A model generated the notes under the pieces. The model was given only the letters and a program-made list of their open reading frames with translations. It had not been told where the DNA came from and did no database searches. Of a DNA stretch of 64,000 nt, positions 42,185 through 53,200 are shown in pieces (the stretch's first letter is position 1; every line of letters starts with the position of its first letter). The stretch comes from Longimicrobiales bacterium (GTDB lineage Bacteria; Gemmatimonadota; Gemmatimonadetes; Longimicrobiales; Gaopeijiaceae). Made by a program: the position numbers and the translations under genes. The stretch covers positions 1,504,001 through 1,568,000 of the forward strand of contig OZ241892.1 in assembly GCA_965203485.1 (NCBI GenBank), read 5' to 3'.

Positions 42185-44092
42185 ATGAAACGCAAGGAGA
42201 CCGGGACCACGCGCGGATGCAGGATGCTCGGGCTGGCCGTCGTGGCGCTCCTCGTCGCGGGCGCGCGGGCCTCGGACTCGCCGGTGGCCGACGCCGCTCA
42301 GCGAGGCGACCTCGAGGCCGTGCGGGCGCTGCTGCGCGACGGCGCGGACGCCAACGCGGCGCAAAACGACGGCATGACCGCGCTCCATTGGGCCGCAAGC
42401 CGCAACGAGGCCGAGATGGCGCGGGCGCTCCTCTACGCGGGCGCCGCCGTGCACGCGACCACGCGGCTGGGGGGCTACACGCCGTTGCATTTGGCGGCGC
42501 GGGCGGGGCACGCGGCGGTTGCCGGGATACTGCTGGAAGCGGGCGCCGATCCGAATCAGTTCACGACGACGGGCGCGACCGCCGCGCACTTTGCGGCCGA
42601 GGCCGACGCGGGAGCGGTGACCGCCGCGTTGCTGGCCCACGGAGCCGACGTGGACGCCCGCGACGCATTCGCCGAGCGGACGCCGTTGATGTTCGCGGCG
42701 GCGCGCGGCGCGGACGCCGCGGTGCGGACCTTGCTGGAAGCGGGCGCCGACTTGGCCTTGACGACGCGCGTCAAGGACTACGCGGCGCTCGACCAAGCCA
42801 TGCGCGAGGAACGGCGCCGGCGCGCCCGCGTCCGCCAGGCCGCCGAAGACCCGGAGTCCGAAAAGCCCGAAGCGGCGCAACCGCAACCCGCGGCGCCGGC
42901 GCAACCTGCCCCCGCGGCGGCACGCGCCCCGGCGAACGCCGCCAATCCGCGGGAAGCCGAACTCGCGCGCGCTCCAGCGGCGCCCGCCAACCCGGCGGAC
43001 TCGGCGCCTCCGCCCGCGCCCGGCAGCGAGGCCGCGCCGGCGGCTAAGCCGCACCCCGTCAAGGCGCTCTCCTCGGCCGAGCAGATCGGCAAGCAGGGCG
43101 GCTTCGGGGCTCTCCACTTCGCAGCGCGCCAGGGACACCGGAGCACGGCGGCGCTCCTCGCCGAGGCCGGCGCCGACATCGACCAGCCGACGGCCGGCGA
43201 CCACTCGAGTCCGTTGCTCGTCGCCGTGGTCAACGGCAACTACGACCTCGCGCGCGACCTGCTCGAGCGCGGCGCCGATCCAAACGTGGTCAGCGACGAC
43301 GGCGCGGGCCCCCTCTTCGCCACCCTGAACATCGAATGGTCCTTGCGCACGTGGTATCCGCAGCCCCAGGCGTTCCGCCAGCAGGAGACCAGCTACCTCG
43401 AGCTGATGCGCCTGCTCCTCGAGGCGGGCGCGAATCCCAACCAGCGCACCACGACGCACATCTGGTACGCCGCGTACAACGCGGGCCGCATGGGCGTGGA
43501 CTTCACCGGCGCCACGCCCTTCTGGAGGGCCGCCTACGCTGTGGACGTGGATGCCATGCGGCTGCTGGTGGCGCGCGGCGCCGACCCCAACATGTGGACG
43601 CTGAACCTGCCGCCGCGGCGACGGTTCACGGATCCGAACTTTCCGGACACGCGGCCCCAGGAACCTCCGGCGGATCCGTCCGGGTTGCCGCCGGTTCCCA
43701 CGGGCGGACCCGCCGTTCATCCGCTGCACGCGGCCGCCGGCGTGGGCTTCGGAACCTCGCGGGTCGCCCAGCAGCACCGCGCCGTGCCCGACGGCTGGCT
43801 GCCGGCCGTGCGCTACCTGATCGAAGAGCTGGGCGTCGACCCCGACTTGCGCGACAAGGACGGCTACAATGCCATCCACCACGCGGCGGCGCGCGGCGAC
43901 AACGCGACGATCCTCTACTTGGCGTTGCAGGGCGCGGACGTGCACGCAATCAGCCGGCGCGGCCAGACCACGGCCGACCTGGCCAACAGCCCGGAGCAAC
44001 GCGCCCAGCCGCACCCCGCGACGGTCGCCCTGCTGGAGAAGCTGGGCTCCCGCAACAACCACCAGTGCCGGTCGTGCGGCGGCAACCGTTAG
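42185..44092 (+). CDS. Secreted ankyrin repeat protein
   Basis: Signal peptide, multiple G.TALH.AA / GAD.N repeats, Pro/Ala-rich insert, C-terminal NHQCRSC. Confidence 0.88.
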   Translation: MKRKETGTTRGCRMLGLAVVALLVAGARASDSPVADAAQRGDLEAVRALLRDGADANAAQNDGMTALHWAASRNEAEMARALLYAGAAVHATTRLGGYTPLHLAARAGHAAVAGILLEAGADPNQFTTTGATAAHFAAEADAGAVTAALLAHGADVDARDAFAERTPLMFAAARGADAAVRTLLEAGADLALTTRVKDYAALDQAMREERRRRARVRQAAEDPESEKPEAAQPQPAAPAQPAPAAARAPANAANPREAELARAPAAPANPADSAPPPAPGSEAAPAAKPHPVKALSSAEQIGKQGGFGALHFAARQGHRSTAALLAEAGADIDQPTAGDHSSPLLVAVVNGNYDLARDLLERGADPNVVSDDGAGPLFATLNIEWSLRTWYPQPQAFRQQETSYLELMRLLLEAGANPNQRTTTHIWYAAYNAGRMGVDFTGATPFWRAAYAVDVDAMRLLVARGADPNMWTLNLPPRRRFTDPNFPDTRPQEPPADPSGLPPVPTGGPAVHPLHAAAGVGFGTSRVAQQHRAVPDGWLPAVRYLIEELGVDPDLRDKDGYNAIHHAAARGDNATILYLALQGADVHAISRRGQTTADLANSPEQRAQPHPATVALLEKLGSRNNHQCRSCGGNR

Positions 44093-44607
44093 GGGTTGCC
44101 GCGGCCGGGCTCTCCGGCGCCGCGTTGTTGGCCGCCCTCTCGCCCGGCGGCGCCGCCGCACAGAACACGGAATGGAACCGCTACACGCTGGAAGGACTGG
44201 TGGGCGTGCACGTGGTGGCGGAAACCAACGACGGCTGTCAAGGCGCTGGTCTGGCCGCGGAGTCCGTTCGAGCGGACGCCGAGACCGCGTTGCGAGACGC
44301 CGGCGTGCCGCTGTTGGCGCGCGAGGAGATGCTCGCGACGCCTGGGTTGCCGGAAGTGCGCGTCGCCTTGGAGTGCGGCGGGGGCGTCTCGGGAGTCGTG
44401 GGCTACGCCGTCTCCGTGCGCGTTCAACAGGCCACCCAGATGATTCGCGACACGCAGATCACTCTTTCGGAGACGGTCACTTGGTACGTCGCCGCAGTCG
44501 GCGTCGCCGAGGCTGCGTCCACGGCTTCGGCCGTGAACACGGCGCTTCGGGCAAAGCTGGCGGAGTTCGCGGAAGCCTTCGAGGCGGCGAACGCCAAAGA
44601 GAGTTAG
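44074..44607 (+). CDS. Hypothetical secreted protein
   Basis: Signal-like leader ending AAA-Q; overlaps ankyrin stop; GTG start inferred. Confidence 0.6.
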   Translation: MRRQPLGVAAAGLSGAALLAALSPGGAAAQNTEWNRYTLEGLVGVHVVAETNDGCQGAGLAAESVRADAETALRDAGVPLLAREEMLATPGLPEVRVALECGGGVSGVVGYAVSVRVQQATQMIRDTQITLSETVTWYVAAVGVAEAASTASAVNTALRAKLAEFAEAFEAANAKES

Positions 44608-44688
44608 GGAGACTCGCCGGGAGGCTGTCCACACAGGCTTTCGCCGGCGCCGCAGTCGCGAACGCGAAGCGCCCGAGGCGGGGCCGCC

Positions 44689-46980
44689 TCAGCCGCCGAG
44701 CACGTTGAGCTGGCGGGTGAACTTGAGGAAGACGGAACGGCCTATCGGTCCTGCGAGGTCGCCGATGCCGCGCACGTCGTTGTAGACGACGAAGAGTCCC
44801 GTGCCCGCGGTGTTCAGCCAGCCGAAGCGCACGTTGGCCGACCACTGATCGATCTGGTCGGAGTACTGGACCAGCGTCTGGAGGTAGATCCGCGGCGTGA
44901 AGAAGTAGCCCAGCTTGACGCTGGCCAGCGTCGCCGTGAAATCGCCCTGCGGGAGGTGCACGTCGTTGTAGGCTACCCGGAGCGTGGCGCTGGAGCGGGC
45001 GCCCCGGCGGATCGTGACGTTCGCGCTCGACGTCCGCTTGCTTCCCGACAGGAAGCCGCCCCAGTTGAAGCGGGAATTGAGCGACAGGGTCCGCGACTGG
45101 TCTGTGAAGAAGACAATTTGCGACTCCCAGCCCGCGTACGTGCCCGCGGGAACCACCACCTGGGCGCCCGATATCTCGAAGGGTTCGTACAAGCCTTCGG
45201 TCACGTAGTTGGCGCCGGTGTGCAACTCCATTCCCGAGGACCACTCCCAGTGGGTGTCGAGGTGCCAGCGCGACGACTCCTCGAAGCCACGGGCTACCCC
45301 GTCCCTGATCGTCCGGTACGTGAAGTAGGAAACATGCGGGCGCACTTCTCGGAACAAGCGGGAGGGACGCCAGTACCACATTCCAAACGCTTGGTAGTAG
45401 CGATGGCCGCTACGCGGCAGGAAACCGACTTCGGGGTTGAACTGCTCGCCGATCTCTCGAACGGTCGCGTTGGCTCGCCAGTTGCGGCTGGCCCAGCTGC
45501 CGGTCAAGTCCCAAGCCATGTCCGATCCATCGAGCCCCGGCGTCTCGGTACGCCCCACGAACGAGGTGAGCGTTAGCTGGTCGCCGATGCCGATGCGTCC
45601 GTCGAATGCGTAGGTGCGGTTGAAGTCGTCGTTCAAGCCGCTGCCCCGGTTGACGAAGATGCCGCCCAGCCGCGACCTGTTGGGCAGTTCCTTGGCCACC
45701 CGCGCCACCGAGTAGTGGTTGGCCGCGCCGCCCGCCTCGGCCGCGTCCGTGCGGATGTGCAGCAGGCCCAGGTTGAGGCCGGCCACTCGTCCCGACAGCC
45801 GTCCTCCGCCCTTGATGGGAACCGGTTGCCCGTCCGAGATGCCGATCCGCCGACTGAAGAACAGGTCGGCGCCCCCCGCCCCGACCGTGAAGAAGCCCGC
45901 ATTCTCCAGGAAGAACGGGCGCTTCTCGGGGAAGAGCAGCGAAAAACGAGTGAGGTTGACCTGCTGGTCGTCCACCTCCACCTGGGCGAAGTCGGTGTTG
46001 AAGGTGGCGTCGAGGGTCAAGCCCTGCGTGACTTGGATCTTGGTCTCGCCGCCGATTTCCGCGTCGCGCTCGAAGGATGTCTGCACGGCGTTCTCGTAGT
46101 CTCTCGCCGTCGAGCCGAGCACGTACGGCGTAATGGTGGCCGCCCGGCGAAACGGCGGCTCGACGCCCGCCAGCTGCCCAGCGAAGTCCAGTCGGTAGAG
46201 GCCGAACTCCCGCGGCACGGGCGCCCAGAAGTCCTCTTCGTTGAGTCGCCGGATCCGCCGCGACACGTTGAATCCCCACACGTCGGTCTCGGACCCGTAG
46301 CGGAGCGTGCTGAAGGGGATGCGGAACTCCGCGTACCAACCCTTTTCGTCGCGCGAGGACGCCACGGTCCAGCTGCCGTCCCAGTTCTTGTTGAAGCCGC
46401 CGCCCGCGCCCGCCTGGAACCGCCGTTGCCCCCCGCCCCCGCCGCCGAGAAAGAAGCCGCCCCCGCCGCCCTGGGCCGCGACTTGGCCGTCGTACTCGAT
46501 GCCCGCCGGAGTGGTGCCGAAGACGAAGCCGTTCTGCTGGTCGTTGTACGTGTCGAAGACCATCAGGATCGCGTCCGCGTCGGTGATCTCGTAGTCGCGT
46601 ATCGATTCGCCCGGCACGATCCCGGCGGCCTGCGAGTCGTAGGCCCAAACGGCCACGTAGAGGGCGTCCCGGTCGAAGAGGATGCGCAACTCGGTGCGTT
46701 CCGAGGCGGGTTGGCCGTCGGCGGGTTCGCGCTGGACGAAGTCGGTGAGCGGCGCGGCGGCCTGCCAAGCAGTCTCGCTCGGCACGCCATCGACGATCGG
46801 GGGCGTGGCTGTTCGCGCGGCGACGGCCGTGCCGCCCGCGGGCCGCGCGCCGGAGCCGCCGGTTTCGCCTTGCACGGCGGCGTCTTGGGCCCCGAGCGGG
46901 CCAGCGCAGACCACGGAAGCAAGGAGTGCGCCGACCGTTGCGGCCGACGCACGGAGAGAGATCGGGCGAACTCGTGTCAT
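44689..46980 (-). CDS. CBM9-like domain + DUF5916 outer membrane protein
   Basis: PIVDG...FVQREP..G, W.AEFRIPFSTLRY, NTDFAQVEVD, FPEKRPFFLE. Confidence 0.85.
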   Translation of the reverse strand: MTRVRPISLRASAATVGALLASVVCAGPLGAQDAAVQGETGGSGARPAGGTAVAARTATPPIVDGVPSETAWQAAAPLTDFVQREPADGQPASERTELRILFDRDALYVAVWAYDSQAAGIVPGESIRDYEITDADAILMVFDTYNDQQNGFVFGTTPAGIEYDGQVAAQGGGGGFFLGGGGGGQRRFQAGAGGGFNKNWDGSWTVASSRDEKGWYAEFRIPFSTLRYGSETDVWGFNVSRRIRRLNEEDFWAPVPREFGLYRLDFAGQLAGVEPPFRRAATITPYVLGSTARDYENAVQTSFERDAEIGGETKIQVTQGLTLDATFNTDFAQVEVDDQQVNLTRFSLLFPEKRPFFLENAGFFTVGAGGADLFFSRRIGISDGQPVPIKGGGRLSGRVAGLNLGLLHIRTDAAEAGGAANHYSVARVAKELPNRSRLGGIFVNRGSGLNDDFNRTYAFDGRIGIGDQLTLTSFVGRTETPGLDGSDMAWDLTGSWASRNWRANATVREIGEQFNPEVGFLPRSGHRYYQAFGMWYWRPSRLFREVRPHVSYFTYRTIRDGVARGFEESSRWHLDTHWEWSSGMELHTGANYVTEGLYEPFEISGAQVVVPAGTYAGWESQIVFFTDQSRTLSLNSRFNWGGFLSGSKRTSSANVTIRRGARSSATLRVAYNDVHLPQGDFTATLASVKLGYFFTPRIYLQTLVQYSDQIDQWSANVRFGWLNTAGTGLFVVYNDVRGIGDLAGPIGRSVFLKFTRQLNVLGG

Positions 46981-47057
46981 GGCAGTGCGCGGCAAATGCG
47001 ACGAGCGGGCGATGCCGGGTTTCGGCATCCACAACCGCAACTGACCGCAACATCGGA

Positions 47058-47086
47058 ATACTACCGTGTGCGCGCAGTCGAGCCAA
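47058..47086 (-). promoter_or_regulatory. Putative sigma70-type promoter of the DUF5916 gene
   Basis: TTGGCT, 17 nt, TAGTAT. Confidence 0.45.
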
Positions 47087-47215
47087 GCCGGCGACCGAGT
47101 CCGCTTGTCGGACCAAAGCAGAGATGTCCGCATCCAGTGCGGCGGTCTCCGTCATTGGGGGTCGCTGCAAGATCATCTGCCCCGCCTGAGCGAGCACGGT
47201 CGTCTTCGGGCGCTA

Positions 47216-50200
47216 CTATCTGATCCGGATGGCGCCTGCTAGGCCGAGGCGGCGTTGCGGGGGTTCGAGCGGCGAGGAGGCGTGCTCGCCGTAGAGGTGG
47301 AGGAGGAACCGCAGGCTCTCGGCGGCGGGCGAGTGCGCGGCCGTGCCGGACTGGGCGGACTTGCCGAGCAGCGAGAAGCGCGCGCCGGCGTTGAAGCGCT
47401 GGCCGGCGCCGGCGTCCTGGCTCCAGCGTCCGAACGGCGTGATCGTGGCGCCGTTGTCGAGCGCGACGCCCCAGCCGAGCTCCATGGCCATGCGCCCGGG
47501 CGCCCAGCCGGACGGCGCGGCCGTCGGCGCCGTTTGCGCTGTCTGCACGGCGGGTTCGAGCGCGGCGGCGCCTTGGCGCCAGAGTTCGCCCGTCACGCCC
47601 GCGCCGGTGCCCCAGGTCGGCTCGACGGAGAGCAACAGGCCATCCTCGGCGCCGCCGCCGGGCTGGAGCCGGAGCGAGACGCCGGCGCCCCATTCGCGCA
47701 ACCCCTCGGCCTGGTGCGCGAGCAGCGCGCGCCCGCGCATCGCGACGGACAGGCCGGTGGGCGCGTGGTCGAACGACGCTTCGCCGCCGGCCTCGGCGCC
47801 GAGGCCGGTCTCGGCGTCGCCGGCGTCGAGGCGCGCGCCGAGCTCGAGCCGCGTGCGCAGCGACGCTTCGCCGCCGAGCGCCCAGGTCTTCGCGACTTCG
47901 GGCGCGAGCCGGACGCGGTGCGCGCGCGCGGTCACGCCTGCCAGGTCGGCCGCGTCGTCGGAGCGCACGCGCACGGAGAACGCGTCGGCCTTGAGCGCGA
48001 TGCCGCCCGCCAGCTCGCGGCGCGCGCCGAGCGCGCCCATCAGCATCGCGATGTCGGCGCCGAACCGGCCGCCGGCCGTCTCCTCGAGCGTCGCGTCGCC
48101 GGTTCCTGCGCCTGCGAGGGCCCAGAGGCCGAGCCCGCCGGTGGGCGACCAGTGCACGTAGGGATGCACGCTGGTCAGGCTCGCGGCGACGGAGCCCGCG
48201 CCGTTGACGGCGCTCTCGAACTCGGTCTCGAAGCTGCTGCGCGCGCCGGCGACGCCGACGAGCAGGCCGGACGCGAAGCGGTAGTCGGCGCCGAGGTGCG
48301 CCGAGCGCGCGCGCCCGCCGTCGAAGCGCAGGCCGTCGGCCGGGCGGCCCTCGTAGCCGCCCATGCCCGCGCGGCCCCAGACGGTCCAGCCGGGACGCAG
48401 GCCGGCGGCGTCCTGCGCGCCGAACGCGCCCGAGTCGCTGGCCGCGCCGCCGCCGAGCGAGAGCTGGAACGAGCTGCGCTCGAGCAGGTCGCCGCCCGAC
48501 AGCGGATTGAACGTCACGCCGCCCGGCGCGGCCGCCGCCGGCTCCTGCTGGCCCCGGTAGTCGCCGACCGCGCCGAGTCCGGCGGCGGCGCCTGCCGGGC
48601 CGCCGAATCCGCCTGCTCCAGCGCCCGGGCCGCCGAAGAGCAGCGCGGCCGGGTCGAGCGCGCCAGCGGACTGCGCGCCACCCAGGCCGCCGGCGCTCGG
48701 CAACGCGACTTGGACGCCGAGCAGGCCCGACGCCGCACGCGCCAGCGCCTGCCAGCCGCACGCTCGGTCGCCCGTTTCGGCGCCCGCCCCGGCGGCTCCA
48801 ACCCGGTCCTCCGCCCGTTGCGCGAAGCCGCCGTCGCACCCCACGGCGCGTCCTCCGAGCTGGAGGTGCGAGCGTCCGAGTCCGCCGGCCGACTCGATCC
48901 CGAGCCTGCCGCCGATCACGTCGACGGCCTCGGCGCCGACGGAGCGCCCGAACGCGGCCAGCGCGCCCTCGAGCACGCGCGCTCGCTCGGAGCGCGACGC
49001 CTCGACGACGACGGCGACGGTCTGCTCGGCGGCCAGCCCGCCGGGATCGGTCGCCGTCACCGTCACGCTCGCCGTGCCGATAGCGAACGGCTGGATGGTC
49101 AGCACGCCGCCCGCAACGCTCGCCGCCGCCACCGCCGTGTCCGACGACTCGGCGGCGTACGCGAGCGCGTCGCCGTCCGGGTCCCGGAAGTACGCGTCCA
49201 GCGTCTCCTGCACGGCCGCGCCGTGCGCGTCGAGCGCCGCGACGGCGATCTGCGCGGTCGCTTCGGGCGCCTCGTTGACGTCGGTCACGACGACGGTCGC
49301 GTTCGCCGTCGCCGCCAGGCCGCCCCTGTCCGTCGCGGCGACGACGAGCGCGTGCTCGCGCGGACCCGTCTCGTAGTCCTCGCCGGCGCCGACGTAGCGC
49401 ACGGCGCCGCTCGATGCGTCCAGCTCGAACAGGCCGCCGCCGCCCGAGACCAGGCTGTACGACAGCACGTCGCCCTCGTCCTCGTCGGCGGCGGCGACGG
49501 CGCCGACGGCGAGCGGGCCGGCAGCGTTCTCGGCCAGCTCGAACGTCCAGCTCGCCTGCTCGAACACGGGCGCCTCGTTCACGTCGGCGACGACGACGAC
49601 GACGGCCGCCTGCGCGGCGAGGCCGTCGGCGCCCGTCGCGGCGACGACGAGCGCGTGCTCGCGCGGGCCCGTCTCGTAGTCTTCGCCGACGCCCACGTAG
49701 CTGATCGCGCCGCTCGCAACGTCCAGCTCGAACAGGCCGCCGCCGCCCGAGACCAGGCTGTACGACAGCGCCTCGCCCTCGTCCGGGTCGGTCGCCGACA
49801 CCGTGCCCAGCACTATGGGCCCGGCCGCGTTCTCGGCCAGCTCGAACGTCCAGCTCGCCTGCTCGAACACGGGCGCCTCGTCGGCGTCGGCGACGGCTAC
49901 CACGACGCCGGCCGCCGCTCGCAATCCGCCCGCGTCGGCGACGGCGACGGCCAGCGCGTGCTCGCGCGGGCCCGTCTCGTAGTCTTCGCCGGCGCCGACG
50001 TAGCGCACGGCGCCGCTCGCAGCGTCCAGCTCGAACAGGCCGCCGCCGCCCGAGACGAGGCTGTACGACAGCGCCTCGCCCTCGTCCGGGTCGGTCGCGC
50101 TGACCGTGCCCAGCACTATGGGCCCGGCCGCGTTCTCGGCCAGCTCGAACGTCCAGCTCGCCCGCTCGAACGCCGGCGCCTCGTTCGCGTTCGTCACCTT

Positions 50201-53200
50201 CACCGTCACGCGGACGGTCGACGCGAGGCCGCCGACGTCGGCGGCCGACACGACGAGCGCGTGCTCGCGCGGGCCGGCCTCGTAGTCCTCGCCCGCGCCG
50301 ACGTAGCTGACCTCGCCGCTCGTCTCGCCCACCTCGAACAGGCCGCCGCCGCCCTCGCGCAGCCGGTAGTACACCTCGTCGCCCTCGTCCGGGTCCACGG
50401 CGCTCACGGCGCCCACGACGACGGCGCCCGCGACGTTCTCGGCCAGCTCGAACGCGTACGACTCGGCCCCGAACTTCGGCGGCCGTCCCGGCTCCGGCTC
50501 GCCGCCGCCGCCCTCGACCCTGCGCGTCGGATCGCTCGCGAACGCATGGCTGCCCAGCGACAGCGCAGCCGGCGTCGAACCGTCGGCGGCCGACACGATC
50601 GCGGCGCCGCTCGCGTCCAGCGCGCCGGCGGCCAGCGCGATCCCGTTCGGCGCGCGGTCGTGAGGACGCACCTCGTACGCGAACTCGACGCGCCGCCCGC
50701 TCGCCGACGCCAGCGCGGCGTGCACCGTGCGCGTGCCCATCGCCAGCGCCAAGCGCGGGCCGCCCGTCACGCTCACCGGCCGGTCGAACACGACGGCGAT
50801 CTCGATCGTCTGGCCGGCGCGCCACCGGCCGCCCGACGGCGGACGGCCCGCCTCGACGCCCGCGACCGCAGGCGGCGACACCACGCTGCCGTCCACCAAG
50901 TGGCCGCCGACGTTCGTCAGCGCGTGGCCGCCCAGCGACAGTCCAGCCGCCGCCGTGCCGCCCAGCAGCGTGATCGCGCCGCCGTTCAGCGACAGCGCGC
51001 CCGCGCCCACGCTGATCCCGTCCGCGTCGGCGTCCGACGCCTGAACGGCGTACGCGAACTCGAGCGCAGCGCCCTGCGTCGCGCCCAACGCGCCCGCCCT
51101 AGCGCCGGAGCCCGCCGAACCGCCGTCCCAACCCGCGCCTGCATAGCCTGCCGCGACGCCGGCCCAGCCCGCGGAGCCGGAGCCCGCCGCGCCGCCGACC
51201 CAGCCCGCGCGCGCGGCGGCGGCGTAGCCGACGACGCGCACGAAGCGCGCCGCGCGCGTCTGCGCGCCGATCGTCAGCGCCAGCTGCGGCGAGCCCGTAA
51301 CGGCGACGGCGCGGTCGAAGCGCACGTGCACGCGGATCTCCTCGCCCAGCTCGTAGCGGCCGCCGCCGATCGGCGCGCTCGCCAGCGTCACGCCCGCCAC
51401 GGCAGGCGCCGTCTCGGCGCTCCCGTCCACCAGGTGGCCCGCGACGTTCGACAGCGCGTGCGTGCCCAGCGACAGAACGGCCGCCACGCGCCCGCCCGCG
51501 ATCATGATCGTCCCGCCGTTCAGCGACAGCGCCGCCGCCGCGACGCTCACGCCGTCGGCGTCGGCGTCGGCGCCCGCGACGACGTAGCCGAACACCAGCT
51601 CGGCCGTGCCGCTCCCGCTCGCGTAGCCCGCCTGCCGCGTCGCGCTCCCGATGCCCAGCGCCAGCTGCGGCGCGCCCGCAACGTCGACCGGACGGCTGAA
51701 CGCCAGCGCGACGGCGATCCGCTCGCTCAACCCGTACGCGCTCCCGTTCGCAGGCGACGATACCAGCCGCGCGCCCGTCACGACCGGCGCCGCCTCGAGC
51801 GTGCCGGCGACGGCGTGGCCGCTCGCGTTCACTATCGCGTGGCTCCCCAGCGACAGAACCGCCGCCGCCGTGCCGCCCGCGACCACCAGCGTCCCGCCGC
51901 TCAGCGACAACGCGCCCGCGCCAACGCTGATCCCGTCCCTGTCGGCGTCCGCCGCCTGAACCACGTACGCGAACTCGAGCTCGGACGTGCCGCTCCCGCT
52001 CGCGTAGCCCGCCTGCCGCGTCGCAGCGCCGATGCCCAACGCCAGCTCGGGCGTGCCCGTCACCGCCACCGCGCGGTCGAAGCGCACCGCCACCCGTATC
52101 TCCTCGCCCAGTCCGTACGACCCGCCGCGCGACGGCGCGCTCGCCAGCCGAGCGCCCGCAACCGCCGGCGCGCCCTCGACGCTGCCGTCCACCTTGTGCG
52201 CGCCAGCGTTCGCGATCGCGCTCGAGCCCAGGCCCAGCCCGGCCGCCGTCGCCCCGTCGCGCGCGTCGGCTATCGCGCCGCCGTTCAACGACAGCGCGCT
52301 CGCGCCCACGCTGATCCCGTCGGCGTCCGCGTCCGCAGACGCGACCACGTAGCCGAACACCAGCGCGCGCGTCCCGCTCCCGCCAGCGTAGCCCGCCTGC
52401 TTCGTCGCGCTCCCGATGCCCAGCGCCAGCTGCGGCGCGCCCGTCACGACGACCGGGCGAGCGAACGTCACCCGTACCTCGATGCGCTCGCCCAACCCGT
52501 ACGTGTCGCCGCTCGCCGGCGCGCTCGTCACCGACGCCGCGCTCGGCGACGACGCCGTGAACGTCCCGCCCGCCACCTTGTGGCCCCCGCTGTTCGCCAC
52601 CGCGTGCGCGCCCAGGCCCAGCAAAGCGTCCGCCGTGCCGCCCGACACCTTGATCGTCCCGCCGTTCAGCGCCAAAGCGCCCGCCGCGACGCTGAGCCCG
52701 TCGGCGTCCGCGTCGGCGGACACGACCACGTACCGGAACGCCAGCGCAGCCGTCCCGCTGCCGCCCGCGTAGCCCGCCTGCTTCGTCGCAGCGCCGATGC
52801 CCAGCGCCAGCTGCGGCGCGCCCGTCACCGCCACCGCCTTGTTGAACTCGACCTCGACCTCGACCGTGTCGCCGCGCTCGAACGTGTCGCCCACCTGCGG
52901 CGACCCGATCGTCACGCCCATCACCCCCGGCGGGCCGCGCGTCGCGTCCACGCGGTGGCCCCCAGCGTCCGCGACCGCGCTCGACCCCAGGCCCAGCGCC
53001 GCCGCCGTCGAACCGTCGCGACCGTCCGCGATCGCGCCGCCGTTCAGCGCCAAAGCGCTCGCGCCGATGCTGAGCCCGTCGGAGTCGGCGTCGCCCGCGA
53101 CGACCACGTAGCCGAACGCCAGCGTCTTCGTGCCCGTGCCGCCCGCGTAGTCCGCCTGCCGCGTCGCAGCGCCGAACGACAGCGCCAGCTGCGGCGTGCC

